The position numbers and the translations under genes are program-made. The notes below the pieces were generated by a model. The model ran no database searches. It was not told where the DNA came from and saw only the letters and a program-made list of their open reading frames with translations. Below are positions 46,967-57,341 of a stretch of DNA of 64,000 nt, in pieces (within the stretch, counting starts at the first letter, position 1; every line of letters starts with the position of its first letter). Source of the DNA: Phycisphaerae bacterium (GTDB taxonomy: Bacteria > Planctomycetota > Phycisphaerae > UBA1845); the NCBI GenBank assembly GCA_963666835.2, contig CAXXGO010000006.1, forward strand, positions 2,592,001-2,656,000, written 5' to 3'.

Positions 46967-48148
46967 GTGGCTAAACGGACTTCCATCCTGTGCGTTGCTC
47001 CTTTCAATAACCCACATATTGTCCCGACCTACGATGAGATCGCCGCCCAGCCGGAGGCGGATGTTACGCGGGTGGCGTACAACCCGCTTCCGCCCGCTCG
47101 GGTTCGTTTGGGCTGGCCGGAGATGGCGGAGGATTCGCCGTATCTGCAGCCGTGGCGGCGAATGAAAGACCGAATTGCGTACTGGAAGGCCTTGTTGCGT
47201 TCGGATGTGGTGATCTTCCCCGGGTTCTTTCATTTCAGGACGCTTCCGCTTCACCACTGGATACGGCGGCTGACCGGCAAGCCTGCGATGTTGTGGTCGG
47301 AGCCGTTCTTATCCAAGTGGCGGGAGAAGCCGAGTAGATACCTCCTGCACGTCTGCCTCAAGAAGCCGTGCGACTCGGAGAAAGTACACTTTCTCAGCAT
47401 CGGTCCGCGGGCGGCGAACGACCAGTACGCCACGGGAATCAAGCGCTGGCGTTGTTGGCTGTTCGCCTTCGGGGTTGGGCCGGCGATGCAGCTCGGAAAG
47501 CCGGGGATCAAGAAACCGGACGGCGAAGTCCACATCGTCTATGTCGGTTCTTTGAGAGAGCTCAAGCGGGTGGACCTTCTTCTTGAGGCCTTGGGAACTC
47601 CGCAACTGGTGAACGCGCCGTGGCGGTTGACTTTGGTGGGGGATGGGGATCAACGCGAAAGCCTGAAAGCCACGGCGGATCGCCTCGGCGTAGCTGACAA
47701 GATCACCTTCCTCGGGAACGTTGCTCACGAACGATGCCGGGAGGTTCTCTCCGGAGGCGACATCCTGGTGCTTCCCAGTAGGCGAGATGGCTGGGGGGCG
47801 GTGGTCAACGAGGCCATGGAGTCCGGGTTGGCGGTGATCTGCAGCGACGCCGTCGGCGCCAGCGTTTTGGTCGACCCCGGGGTCACCGGGTTTGTGTTCC
47901 GCAGCGGCGACGGGGAGGGGCTGGCCGGCTACCTCAGGCAGTTGATCGAGGATCCGCAGCTTCTGGCGAAAATGCAGGCGGCGAGCCGTGAGCGGATCGT
48001 CCTTTACCGACCGGCGGAAGCGGCCCGGCGGTTGGTGGCGCTCTGTCGCGGAGCGGCCGGACACGCCCCTATGCCCGAGTACACTGAAGGCCTCTGCAGC
48101 CCGCTGTATCCGGTACGCCGTCCGTACCGCGAACTTGTGAATGAATGA
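46967..48148 (+). CDS. Glycosyltransferase family 4
   Basis: YVGSLRELKR and LVLPSRRDGWGAVVNEAM. Confidence 0.92.
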   Translation: MAKRTSILCVAPFNNPHIVPTYDEIAAQPEADVTRVAYNPLPPARVRLGWPEMAEDSPYLQPWRRMKDRIAYWKALLRSDVVIFPGFFHFRTLPLHHWIRRLTGKPAMLWSEPFLSKWREKPSRYLLHVCLKKPCDSEKVHFLSIGPRAANDQYATGIKRWRCWLFAFGVGPAMQLGKPGIKKPDGEVHIVYVGSLRELKRVDLLLEALGTPQLVNAPWRLTLVGDGDQRESLKATADRLGVADKITFLGNVAHERCREVLSGGDILVLPSRRDGWGAVVNEAMESGLAVICSDAVGASVLVDPGVTGFVFRSGDGEGLAGYLRQLIEDPQLLAKMQAASRERIVLYRPAEAARRLVALCRGAAGHAPMPEYTEGLCSPLYPVRRPYRELVNE

Positions 48149-48351
48149 GAGGCCCGCACTGGGTCGGCCCATTTCCTACACGGTTGCACCCGCCTTGGTC
48201 TGAGTTTTGCCTGTAAGATGACCGTTCCGCAGTGCGTCTGGCCGGTTTGCCGGCGAACCGAGACTCTGGTCTCGCCGGCTCGGAGGCGTACAATGACGGA
48301 TTCTGAGTTCCAAGTGGTGCAGACCGGACTTCTGATGTGAGGTGATTGACG

Positions 48352-49494
48352 ATGAAGAAGCAGCGATTGTTCACTCCCGGCCCGACGATGGTCCCCGAAG
48401 ACGTCTTGTTGGAAATGGCCCAGCCGATGCGGCACCATCGAACGGCGTGGTACCGAGAGATGGGCAAAGAGGTCCATGAGTTGCTCCAGTATCTGTTTCA
48501 GACCAAGTCCACGTGCCTGACGTTTACCGGCAGCGGGACGTCTGCAATGGAAGGGGTTATCGTGGGGTGCTGCCCGCCCGGGCACAAGGCGTTGGTGTTC
48601 CGAAACGGCAAGTTCGCAGAACGTTGGGCGAAGGTGTGCAGCACGTTCAATATCGAGCACACGACCGTTGACGTTAAATGGGGACGAGGGATCAGGCCGG
48701 AAGACGTGAAGAAAGAGCTTGATGCCGACCCCAAGATAGACACCGTAATCGTGGTACACAGCGAAACGTCTACCACCGCTCTGAGTGACGTCGAGGGTAT
48801 CGCGAAGGTGACGCGCGAGCGCGGGGCGTTGTTGCTGGTGGATGGAATCACGGCCGTGGGTGCAATTCCCGTCAAGATGGACGACTGGGGAATCGATGCC
48901 TATGTCACCGGATCCCAGAAGGCGATGATGCTCCCGCCGGGGTTGGGTTTTGCGGCGGTTGGCGATCGAGCCTGGGAGCGGATTGATTCCGGGAAGATGC
49001 CGACCTTGTACAACGACCTGAAAGCCTATCGCAAATCGCTCGATACGTTCGACGCTCCCTATACGCCGGCGGTTTCGCTGGTATGCGGCACTTTGTACGT
49101 GCTCCGCGGCTTGAAGGAGCGTACGTTGGAGGCGGTGTGGGCGGAGACTTCCATGTTGGCCCGCGGGACGCGTGCTGCGGCGAAAGCGCTGGGATTGAAG
49201 GTCTATGCCGAGGATCCGGTCGATTCCGTTACGGCGATGGTCGTCCCGGACGGGGTGGATGAGGGCGTGTTGCGTAAGACTCTACTGGAGAAGTACGGAT
49301 TCCAGGTGGCCGGCGGGCAGGGCGAGGTCAAGGGCAAGATCATCCGTTTCTCGCACATGGGCTACGTCGACATGTTCGATACGATTGGGGTGATCGCCGC
49401 GCTGGAGATGGCTTTGAAGGCTCAAGGCTACGACGTGAAGCTCGGAGCCGGAGTTGCGGCGGCCCAGGCGGTGTTTGCTGACGGGGCAGCGTAG
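48352..49494 (+). CDS. Class V PLP aminotransferase (alanine-glyoxylate/serine-pyruvate family)
   Basis: LFTPGPT, GSGTSAME, HSETST and GSQKAMMLPPGL. Confidence 0.93.
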   Translation: MKKQRLFTPGPTMVPEDVLLEMAQPMRHHRTAWYREMGKEVHELLQYLFQTKSTCLTFTGSGTSAMEGVIVGCCPPGHKALVFRNGKFAERWAKVCSTFNIEHTTVDVKWGRGIRPEDVKKELDADPKIDTVIVVHSETSTTALSDVEGIAKVTRERGALLLVDGITAVGAIPVKMDDWGIDAYVTGSQKAMMLPPGLGFAAVGDRAWERIDSGKMPTLYNDLKAYRKSLDTFDAPYTPAVSLVCGTLYVLRGLKERTLEAVWAETSMLARGTRAAAKALGLKVYAEDPVDSVTAMVVPDGVDEGVLRKTLLEKYGFQVAGGQGEVKGKIIRFSHMGYVDMFDTIGVIAALEMALKAQGYDVKLGAGVAAAQAVFADGAA

Positions 49495-49716
49495 TCCCTC
49501 GATTCCCGTTTAATCGACGAACGTCGGAAAAGTTGCGCCGGTATTGGCCGCAGGTTGCCTGTACGCCAGGCCGGTTGCGGAGTGACCTGCTGCCTAGACG
49601 GACTCTGTGCCGATAAGAGACTATCGTCTTTCGGGAACAGCGCGGGACGGCTTGGTCCATCGGAACAAGGCCGTTTCCGGGGGTGTTCGTGTGGCGTAGA
49701 GGCAGGTTGAACGTCA

Positions 49717-50334
49717 GTGTTTCGTCCGTTGAGATTCTGTGGGGTGCTGCTTGTGGGCGTCGCGTCGTGCGTCTCGCCCGGTGAGCGCGCTCGGTGTGTC
49801 AAGGACCTCGAAGCGGCGCGCCGGAGTAACGTCGAGCTGCAACGGGTTGTTGCGGAGCGGGAGGCGACCGTTGCGGCATTGCACCGGCGTATCCAATATC
49901 TGCAGGGGTTCGGTCCGGACCGTCCGGCCGATCTCTTCAGCCCGCATAAGATCGAAATCGTCAGCCGGTCGGGCGGTTCCGACTTCGATGGCGTGCCGGG
50001 TGACGATGGGGTCACCGTGTACGTGCGGCTTCGCGATGCCGACGGTGATATCGTCAAAGCTCCGGGACGGATTACGGTTCAGCTCTTGGACAATACGGAG
50101 CTGGATGCACCGAAGGTTCTGGGTATCTATCGTTTCGACGATGTTGACCGTCTCCGCCAGGCTTGGTACGGGAGGTTCGGGACTCAACACTACACGTTGC
50201 CGTGTCCGTTCCCGGCGGGGAGCAAACCGCCGGAGCGGGTGGACGCGAAAGTAGAGTTTGTTGATTATCTGACCGGTCGAACATTGACTGCCGGAGAGGA
50301 GCTTGCGATCGCACTCTCGGGCAGAGATGGTTGA
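49717..50334 (+). CDS. Putative lipoprotein
   Basis: Lipobox-like VASC followed by a coiled coil. Confidence 0.7.
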   Translation: MFRPLRFCGVLLVGVASCVSPGERARCVKDLEAARRSNVELQRVVAEREATVAALHRRIQYLQGFGPDRPADLFSPHKIEIVSRSGGSDFDGVPGDDGVTVYVRLRDADGDIVKAPGRITVQLLDNTELDAPKVLGIYRFDDVDRLRQAWYGRFGTQHYTLPCPFPAGSKPPERVDAKVEFVDYLTGRTLTAGEELAIALSGRDG

Positions 50335-50391
50335 CGCGGCAAAGGTTGTTCGCCTCACCACAGTGAGGGAGCGTTGTGACGGGAGTCCGTC

Positions 50392-50750
50392 ATGTCTGAG
50401 CACGAAAATAAGAGCGAAGCGACTGGATTCGACGAGGGTGGTGCGGCTACCGCGACGGCCCCGGTCAAGGAACCGAACTTTGTGCTCTACAGCCGAAACG
50501 TAAGCCGAAGAGACTGCCGCCGTACCGAGTGCTTCTCCACAATGATGACGTGAACACGTTCGAGCACGTGATTCGCTCGATTGTGAGACTTACCACTATC
50601 GGTATGGAGGAAGCGGTCCTGAAGACTCTTGAGGCCCACGAGTCCGGTGTTGCGCTTCTGCTGGTTACCCATCAGGAACGCGCCGAACTGTATGTTGAGC
50701 AGTTCATGTCCGTTGGGATCGGGGTCTCGATGGAGCCGGCCGACGGGTAA
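50392..50750 (+). pseudogene. clpS: ClpS adaptor, frameshifted near 50475-50490 (or a sequence error)
   Basis: MSEHENK...AATATAPVKEP in one frame; PKRLPPYRVLLHNDDVNTFEHV...EAHESGVALL in another. Confidence 0.75.
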
Positions 50751-50831
50751 CGCAGGTTTTAAGCCTGCACCACACGTAACGCAGGCTTAAAGCCTGCACC
50801 ACGAACAGCGCAGGCTTTAAGCCCGCCCTAC
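50747..50831. repeat. Three tandem GTAG/GTGG-type REP hairpins between convergent genes
   Basis: CGCAGG(C/T)TT(T/A)AAGCC(T/C)GC x3; the minus strand reads GTGGTGCAGGC... and GTAGGGCGGGC... Confidence 0.8.
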
Positions 50832-50993
50832 CGGCAGCGCAAGCTACGAGCTCGGATTATTCACCCGAGTGAAGAAGAAGCCGCAAACCAACGTAGCGCC
50901 AGGGCTTGTCCCTGGCGTCGAAGCGCGCTGTGTCTCAATGCCGTCACCCACAAGGGATGACGCTACATCACCATACACGCATTTGTGCGAATG

Positions 50994-51836
50994 TCATGGA
51001 TGATCCGGGCTCGGTCTCCTCTGCCCGGGGGGCCTGCCCAGCAACTCATCAATCCGATCTGCCGGGTCCGAGGCTCGTAGGAGTGATTCTCCGACCAACA
51101 TGGCACAGGCTCCGGCTTCTATGACTTGCTCTACATCCCGGCGGGTGGCGATTCCGCTTTCAGTTACGAACGGAACCCGCTCCGGCAGCAGAGCGGCCAG
51201 CCGTGAGGTGGTTGCGATGTCGGTGTGTTGTACGGACAGGTCCCGGTTATTGATGCCGAGGATGTACCCGTCGGTGCCGGGGGTGCCCAACGTCTCAAGG
51301 ACCGTTCGGAGGGTCGTTGCCGAGTGAACTTCAACCAGGCTCGTCAAACCCAACTGCCGGCAGATCCGGTGGAGTAGCGTGATTCGATGCGAATCGAGGA
51401 TCTCGGCAATCAGGAGCACCGCGTCCGCCCCGGCGGCTCGCGATTCGTACACCTGGTACTCGTCAATGATGAAATCCTTCCGGAGTATCGGCAGGGGGAT
51501 CCGCCGTTTTACTCTACCCAGGTACTCCAGCCGTCCGGCGAAATACTCTTCGTCGGTCAGAACGCTGACGGCTGCGGCGCCGGCCCGGTGGTACGTGGTG
51601 GCAATCCTCTCGGGGTCGAAGTCAACCACGATTGTTCCCGCGGACGGCGACGCCTTCTTCACTTCCGCGATAAGCTGAATGCCGCAGACGGATTCCGCCC
51701 GGATCGCCCCGAAGAAATCCCGAGCGGGTTCCGATCGCGCGATGCGCTCTTGAAGCTCGGAGACCGGCAAACGATGTTGTGCTTTCTCGATCTCCCGGTG
51801 TTTGGTCTCGACTATCCGGTCCAGTATAGTGCTCAC
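50994..51836 (-). CDS. trpC: Indole-3-glycerol phosphate synthase
   Basis: IAEVKKASPS, SVLTD, LRKDFI, GINNRDL and ESGI. Confidence 0.96.
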   Translation of the reverse strand: MSTILDRIVETKHREIEKAQHRLPVSELQERIARSEPARDFFGAIRAESVCGIQLIAEVKKASPSAGTIVVDFDPERIATTYHRAGAAAVSVLTDEEYFAGRLEYLGRVKRRIPLPILRKDFIIDEYQVYESRAAGADAVLLIAEILDSHRITLLHRICRQLGLTSLVEVHSATTLRTVLETLGTPGTDGYILGINNRDLSVQHTDIATTSRLAALLPERVPFVTESGIATRRDVEQVIEAGACAMLVGESLLRASDPADRIDELLGRPPGQRRPSPDHP

Positions 51837-51838
51837 CG

Positions 51839-52774
51839 ATGGACTCCATCGTTGTCATTGCGGCCCACCCCATTCTAGCGGAGTCTTGCGCGGCCGTCCC
51901 CGGTGCCGCAACAGGTCGTTCGGCGGATTACTGGTTGTTGACGATCGACCTTGTTCTGTTCGGATTGGCTTCGGTGGGCGTGCTGGGGGCTGCGGTGTGG
52001 TGGATTCTGCATTCCGGGCGCGATCCTCTTCGAGATTGCCCTCCTCGTCCCAACCGGCTGCGCGAGGATGCTCTGGCGGCGGCGATGTTGGTTTACCTCG
52101 TGGCGGCCTTGGCTTTTGGTGGCTTGGCCCGAACGTTATCGGGAGAGGACGGAACAGGCTTGGAGAGTGTCCTGGCCGGGACCGGAGCGCAGATTGCCGG
52201 AGCGGTGATTTGTCTTGCGGTAGCCGCGCAGCGATTCGACGGCGGAGTAGGGCGGTTCGTCGCCGGTTCGGGCCGGGTCCGGGGGGGGATGCCCTTGCGG
52301 CAGGTGGTTGCCGTTACGGTCGTTGCCCTGGCGATGTGCCCGGTTGTCTTGGCGGGGACGGTCAAGCTGGTTCGCTTCTTTGCTCCGGCCCATGAGTTCC
52401 CTCTGCACCCGACGATAGACGTTTTGAGTGAGGGCGACACGTCCGCCGCGGGTGTGTTGGCCTTGTGGTTCGGGGCGGTTGTCGTAGCTCCTATTGCAGA
52501 GGAGGCGTTCTTCCGAGGACTGCTCCAGACCTGGCTCGTGAACACGTTGCAGAACAGATGGGTGGCCGTGATAGCGGCGGCGCTGGTGTTTGCGGCGATG
52601 CACGCATCGCAGCCACAGGCGATCCCCGCCCTGGTTCTGCTGGCCGTGATTATGGGTTACGCCTACGAGCGTTCGGGAGCCCTGCTCCCGGCCATTCTGA
52701 TACACGCGGTATTCAATCTGAAGACCCTGGTATGGCACACGCTGGGAGCGTTCCCCCCGGGCGGAGCATCGTGA
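51839..52774 (+). CDS. CPBP (Abi/CAAX) intramembrane metalloprotease
   Basis: APIAEEAFFRG, FAAMH and IHAVFN. Confidence 0.9.
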   Translation: MDSIVVIAAHPILAESCAAVPGAATGRSADYWLLTIDLVLFGLASVGVLGAAVWWILHSGRDPLRDCPPRPNRLREDALAAAMLVYLVAALAFGGLARTLSGEDGTGLESVLAGTGAQIAGAVICLAVAAQRFDGGVGRFVAGSGRVRGGMPLRQVVAVTVVALAMCPVVLAGTVKLVRFFAPAHEFPLHPTIDVLSEGDTSAAGVLALWFGAVVVAPIAEEAFFRGLLQTWLVNTLQNRWVAVIAAALVFAAMHASQPQAIPALVLLAVIMGYAYERSGALLPAILIHAVFNLKTLVWHTLGAFPPGGAS

Positions 52775-52810
52775 AGATGGGCCATGGTTGCAGGTTAGCG
52801 CCGAGCTTGG

Positions 52811-53239
52811 CTATCTCTCAACGGTGATGGACCGGTTGTCGGCCTCGTCTTTTTCCGTCATAGAGTAGGTGCCGTCCTGCCGCTTGTGGTTGACGTTCAG
52901 CTTCTGCAGATAGAGATTGTGTACGTCCTCGGCGTTAAGGCCCAGGCACTGCGCCATGCTGATCCAGAAGAACAGCAGATCGGTAACCTCGACGTGGGCG
53001 TTTTGGAGGTCGTGGATCGAGAACCGCTTGCCGTTCTGCGCCTCGGTGCACCAGTGCTTCCAGAACGTACAGTCGCGTAGTTCTTCGAGCTCATTGCTGG
53101 CGGCGATAATGTAGTCATTGAGCCACCTTCCGGCGGTGGCGGGGTCGAAGTTCTCGCGGAGAGATCGCGTATCGTACCCGATTCGCTTGTTCAGATCGGC
53201 CTGTCTGTCAAACATGTCCTTGAGCATATCATCTGCCAC
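52811..53239 (-). CDS. Dimeric dUTPase-like nucleotide pyrophosphatase
   Basis: ELEEL...WKHW, VEVTDLLFF and KLNVNHKRQ; GTG start after a GAGGAG SD. Confidence 0.85.
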   Translation of the reverse strand: MADDMLKDMFDRQADLNKRIGYDTRSLRENFDPATAGRWLNDYIIAASNELEELRDCTFWKHWCTEAQNGKRFSIHDLQNAHVEVTDLLFFWISMAQCLGLNAEDVHNLYLQKLNVNHKRQDGTYSMTEKDEADNRSITVER

Positions 53240-53363
53240 GACGGACTCCTCCACGAGATCGAGCCGGATTGCTGCGGAACCCTCCACGCACATCCCAACT
53301 CTAGCCGAATAGGGCCGAACTGGCTAGCGTCGTAATCCAGATGCCGGTGGGGCGGGCGTTGTT

Positions 53364-54239
53364 CTAGTTGGTAAGGTGTTCTTTGATTTTGCGGAGGGCC
53401 TCGCCTTCGATCTGGCGGACTCGTTCACGCGTCAGGTTGATCTTCTTGCCGATCTCCTTCAGCGTCAACGGCTCGGATCCGTCCAGCCCATAGCGGAGAC
53501 GGAGGATCTTCGCTTCGCGTTCGTCGAGATCGTTAAGCAAGACGGCGACCTTCATCATCTCGGATTCGTTGAGCAAGGCCTCTTCCGGTGGGGGGGTCTT
53601 CTCGTCGGGTAGACCCTCAGTAAGTGCCTGCCCTGTTGCTTCGTCAGAGTCCTGAGTGGGCGTGGACACGGCTTTTACGGCGCTGCGGATGTGGTTGACC
53701 TTGGCCTCAGTCATGTCGAGCTTGTCGGCCAGCTCCTTGGTGGACGGAGTCCTTCCTTCGGCCTCGATGAACTGCTCGCGGGCTTCACGGAACCGTGAGA
53801 TCATCTCCACCATGTAAGCGGGGATGTGGACCGGTTTGTCGCTGTTGATCAGGCTCCGTTTGATGGCTTGCCTGATCCACCACGAGGCGTACGTGCTGAA
53901 CCGCGTGTTCTGGTCCGGGTCGAACCCCTCGACGGCGCGAATCAGCCCGAGGTTGCCCTCGTTGATGAGGTCGTTAATGGGGATACCGCGCTTCGCGTAT
54001 TTCTTGGCGATATTGACGACGAGGCGCAGGTTGGCCTTGACCATCCGCTCCCGCGCCTCGGCGGCACCCAGCTCGATCTCCTCGCGCTCGGCGAGAGAGA
54101 CTTCGGCATTAGCGAACCGCTCGGCGACCTGTTGCCCGGCGCGAACCAACTCCGCCAAAGCTCGCTCCTCTTCCGAGGTCAGAAGAGCGGCTTCATTAAT
54201 CTGGCGAAGATACGCCTGTAGGCCAGTATCAACAGCGAT
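53364..54239 (-). CDS. Sigma-70 family factor (RpoD/RpoS-like regions 1.2-4), apparent ATC start
   Basis: [44 protein letters not shown] and [10 protein letters not shown]. Confidence 0.92.
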   Translation of the reverse strand: MAVDTGLQAYLRQINEAALLTSEEERALAELVRAGQQVAERFANAEVSLAEREEIELGAAEARERMVKANLRLVVNIAKKYAKRGIPINDLINEGNLGLIRAVEGFDPDQNTRFSTYASWWIRQAIKRSLINSDKPVHIPAYMVEMISRFREAREQFIEAEGRTPSTKELADKLDMTEAKVNHIRSAVKAVSTPTQDSDEATGQALTEGLPDEKTPPPEEALLNESEMMKVAVLLNDLDEREAKILRLRYGLDGSEPLTLKEIGKKINLTRERVRQIEGEALRKIKEHLTN

Positions 54240-54298
54240 GGCGATGCCCTCCCCGTAATCAACCGGTCCGGGGCACCGTCGTTGTTGCCCACCCGCGA

Positions 54299-56248
54299 TT
54301 ACGGCGTTTCAGGTTCAGTCTGGTCCTCACCACCCGACTCCGGCTTCTCCGTTGCGGGTGGAGTTGCATCCGAATCAACGCTGAGGTCCGCACTATCCGC
54401 CGTGTTCTGCTCGCTGTCGGCGACCTCTTCAGTCGCCGCAGTTTCTGCAGGGTGTTCACCGACGACCGTTGGGGCTATCGGCGGCGGAGAGATGATCGAC
54501 ATCGGATCGATTCGGTCGGTAGTGGTCTCTCCGGACCCATGGAGACCGCCACGGCGCGGCTTGTACTTCGCCTCCATTCCCGACTCGGCATCTTGTTCCG
54601 CCGACCATTCGGCACGTTTCTTAGAGAGCCCGATCTTACGTTCGTCCGGATCTACCCGGAGGATCTTGACCTGCAGCTTATCGCCGATCTTAACCTCCGA
54701 ATGCGGATCCTCGACCTTATGATCGGCTAATTCACTGACGTGCAATAGTCCTTCGAGGTTCTCCTCCAACTCGACGAACACCCCGAAGTTAGTGATCTTG
54801 GTGACGGTGCCCTCAACAATCTGTCCGGGAATGTAATTCTCGAGCACTGCCCGAGCCCACGGGTCCTCGTGAAGCTGCTTAAGGCCCAGGGCGATACGCT
54901 GCTTGTCCTGGTCGACATTGAGGACCACGCAGTCGATGACCTCGCCCTTCTTGAGAATTTCGGACGGGTGATTGACCTTCTTGGTCCAACTCATATCGGA
55001 CACGTGGAGCAGCCCGTCGATGCCCTCCTCGATTTCGACGAAAGCCCCATAATTGGTCAGGTTGCGGACCCGCCCGGAAATCCGCGTGTTGGGCGGGTAC
55101 TTCTCGGCAACGTGCATCCACGGGTTTTCCTGGGTCTGCTTGATCCCCAGGGAGATCTCCTGCTTGTCCTTGTTCACGTCCAGGACCACGACGTCGATCA
55201 TGTCGCCGATACCCAAGACTTCCGACGGATGGTTGATACGGCGGGTCCAGCTCATTTCGCTGATATGCACGAGGCCTTCGACCCCGGCTTCGAGCTTCAC
55301 GAACGCCCCGTAGTTCATGATGTTGACGACCTCGCCCCGGAGGCGGCTGTCGGCCGGGTAGCGTTGTTCGACCTCTTCCCACGGGTTGATCTGGAGCTGC
55401 TTCAGACCGAGCGCGATCTTCTCTCTTTCGCGGTCGATATTGAGGACCTTGACCTCGATTTCCTCGTCGATCTTCACTACTTCCGAGGGATGCCCCACGC
55501 GGTCCCAACTCATGTCCGTAATGTGGAGCAGTCCGTCGATCCCGCCGAGATCCACGAACGCGCCGAAATCAGCGATGTTCTTGACCGTGCCGCGGCGAAT
55601 CTGCCCGACCTCGAGTTCGGACATCAGCGCTTCTTTCGCTGCGGTGCGCTCTTCGTCAATGAGCTTGCGGCGCGAGATCACAATGTTGCGCCGGTCGGTG
55701 TCGATCTTGAGAATCTTGGCCCGGATCGTCTTTCCAATGAACTCGCCAATGTCACCCGGCCGGCGAATGTCGACCTGAGAGGCGGGCAGGAATACCGGAT
55801 ATCCGATGTCGACGAGCAGCCCGCCCTTGATCTTCCGCATTACGCGTCCATCTACGACGTCACCCTCTTCTTTGGTCTGGACGATCCGCTGCCAATTGAG
55901 CAGGCGATCGGCCTTCCGCTTGGAGAGCACGATGTGCCCGCTGTCGGACTCGACGTTATCGAGCCAAACCTGCACCTCATCGCCAAGGTCGATTGAGCTG
56001 ACGTCGTCCCACTCATTGGCGGGAATCAAACCCTCGCTCTTAAGGCCGACGTCTACCACGACATCGTCACCCGCACGGGCGACGATGCGCCCTGCGAGGA
56101 TCGTCCCGGGTTTCAATTCGTCTTCGCGCTGGTCCATCATGCCGCTGATGGCGGCCTCGCTATCGGCGTCCGCGAATAATGCGGCCACTTCGGCCTCTAG
56201 CCCGGGTCCTTGATCGTCCAACTCGCTGATGAGGTTCTGGTCTACCAT
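54299..56248 (-). CDS. rpsA: 30S ribosomal protein S1
   Basis: Six S1 repeats, e.g. [21 protein letters not shown]. Confidence 0.98.
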   Translation of the reverse strand: MVDQNLISELDDQGPGLEAEVAALFADADSEAAISGMMDQREDELKPGTILAGRIVARAGDDVVVDVGLKSEGLIPANEWDDVSSIDLGDEVQVWLDNVESDSGHIVLSKRKADRLLNWQRIVQTKEEGDVVDGRVMRKIKGGLLVDIGYPVFLPASQVDIRRPGDIGEFIGKTIRAKILKIDTDRRNIVISRRKLIDEERTAAKEALMSELEVGQIRRGTVKNIADFGAFVDLGGIDGLLHITDMSWDRVGHPSEVVKIDEEIEVKVLNIDREREKIALGLKQLQINPWEEVEQRYPADSRLRGEVVNIMNYGAFVKLEAGVEGLVHISEMSWTRRINHPSEVLGIGDMIDVVVLDVNKDKQEISLGIKQTQENPWMHVAEKYPPNTRISGRVRNLTNYGAFVEIEEGIDGLLHVSDMSWTKKVNHPSEILKKGEVIDCVVLNVDQDKQRIALGLKQLHEDPWARAVLENYIPGQIVEGTVTKITNFGVFVELEENLEGLLHVSELADHKVEDPHSEVKIGDKLQVKILRVDPDERKIGLSKKRAEWSAEQDAESGMEAKYKPRRGGLHGSGETTTDRIDPMSIISPPPIAPTVVGEHPAETAATEEVADSEQNTADSADLSVDSDATPPATEKPESGGEDQTEPETP

Positions 56249-56644
56249 AGGTCTGTGACTCTACCCAAACGGCCGCCTTCTCCTCCCGGACAAGCCCGTC
56301 TATCGGCGGAACTTGCCGGGTTGCGAAACCGGCCCCACGAACGTGAGTATCCAATATCCACCACTTGCGGACGCGAGCCGACTCGCATCTCCCTCGCAGG
56401 TGACGGTACGACAACGTGAGTATACCTCGGACGCCGGCGACTCGCCATTTGAGTTCCACCGCGAATCCGCCGGCCTCGGGATTCGCAATCCGCCAGCGCG
56501 GTGCGCCACGCGCCCGCCTCGGCAGGCCGCAACCGCCTTGGCCTCTTCTCGACACCGATACCACCGCCAGTGCCGATTCCTCCGAGCACAGATTGGCATG
56601 GTTTCATGGGGGACTACGAAAGGTTCGAGACTCAAGAAAGGGTG

Positions 56645-56782
56645 CTAGCACACAGTGAGCCGATGCCGGCCCTGCCTCCGTTTCCGGTTTAGCAACTTGC
56701 GTCCATTGTGAGTCCGCATTCGGGCGCGGAATCCTTGCTTTCGTGCTCGCTTGATCTTGCTGTTTCGTCTTGGGTAATGCAT
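56645..56782 (-). CDS. rpmH: 50S ribosomal protein L34
   Basis: KRARKQGFRARMRTHNGRKLLNRKRRQGRHRL. Confidence 0.93.
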   Translation of the reverse strand: MHYPRRNSKIKRARKQGFRARMRTHNGRKLLNRKRRQGRHRLTVC

Positions 56783-56862
56783 CCGCCATGCACTCCGAGT
56801 TCTTGCGTCACCAGCCTTCCGAGAGGCTGTACAGTAATACACCACTTTGGGCCGAGCGGGGT

Positions 56863-56891
56863 AGTATAGCGTAGCCGTTGCAGGTGTACAA
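56863..56891 (-). promoter_or_regulatory. Putative sigma70 promoter of rpmH
   Basis: TTGTAC-N17-TATACT on the minus strand. Confidence 0.6.
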
Positions 56892-57163
56892 GCCCGCCGG
56901 ACGTTGGCTGTGCAGATTTTCTCACGACAATCCAGCAGGCGAGCGGCTCAAGTTGTCTCGGTCGGCTCGGATCGGTTCCCTCCACCGCTGTGGCTTGGGC
57001 CAGCCGGTGCTTGCCCGGCGATTTCATGGGGCTGCCGGCGAGTTGTTGGGTGGATCCGTACAAGGGCCGTGGCCTGGTGGATCGGCGACGGCGGCCGTTG
57101 TTGAATCCGCGCGTCATCGCCCTCGAGGTTCCCTGGATTCCACGGGGCCGCCTCGACGTGAAC

Positions 57164-57192
57164 TTGACCCTGAAAAGCGCCGATACTATCAT
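57164..57192 (+). promoter_or_regulatory. Putative sigma70 promoter of rnc
   Basis: TTGACC-N17-TATCAT. Confidence 0.6.
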
Positions 57193-57341
57193 TGGTCTGT
57201 TGTACTAGGGGGACATGTCGGCGGCATTATCGGCTGCCGAGGTTGTCCCCGCAGGGATTGCCGGCCGTCCGCGAAAGTTACGGAACGGGATGACAGTATT
57301 CCGGAACGTGGCTTTCGCAGGCGGCTTGCCGGGACAGAGTT

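Noticed and set aside
50747..50831. Mini CRISPR array
   Set aside because: Spacers are only a few nt and there are no cas genes; it fits REP hairpins.
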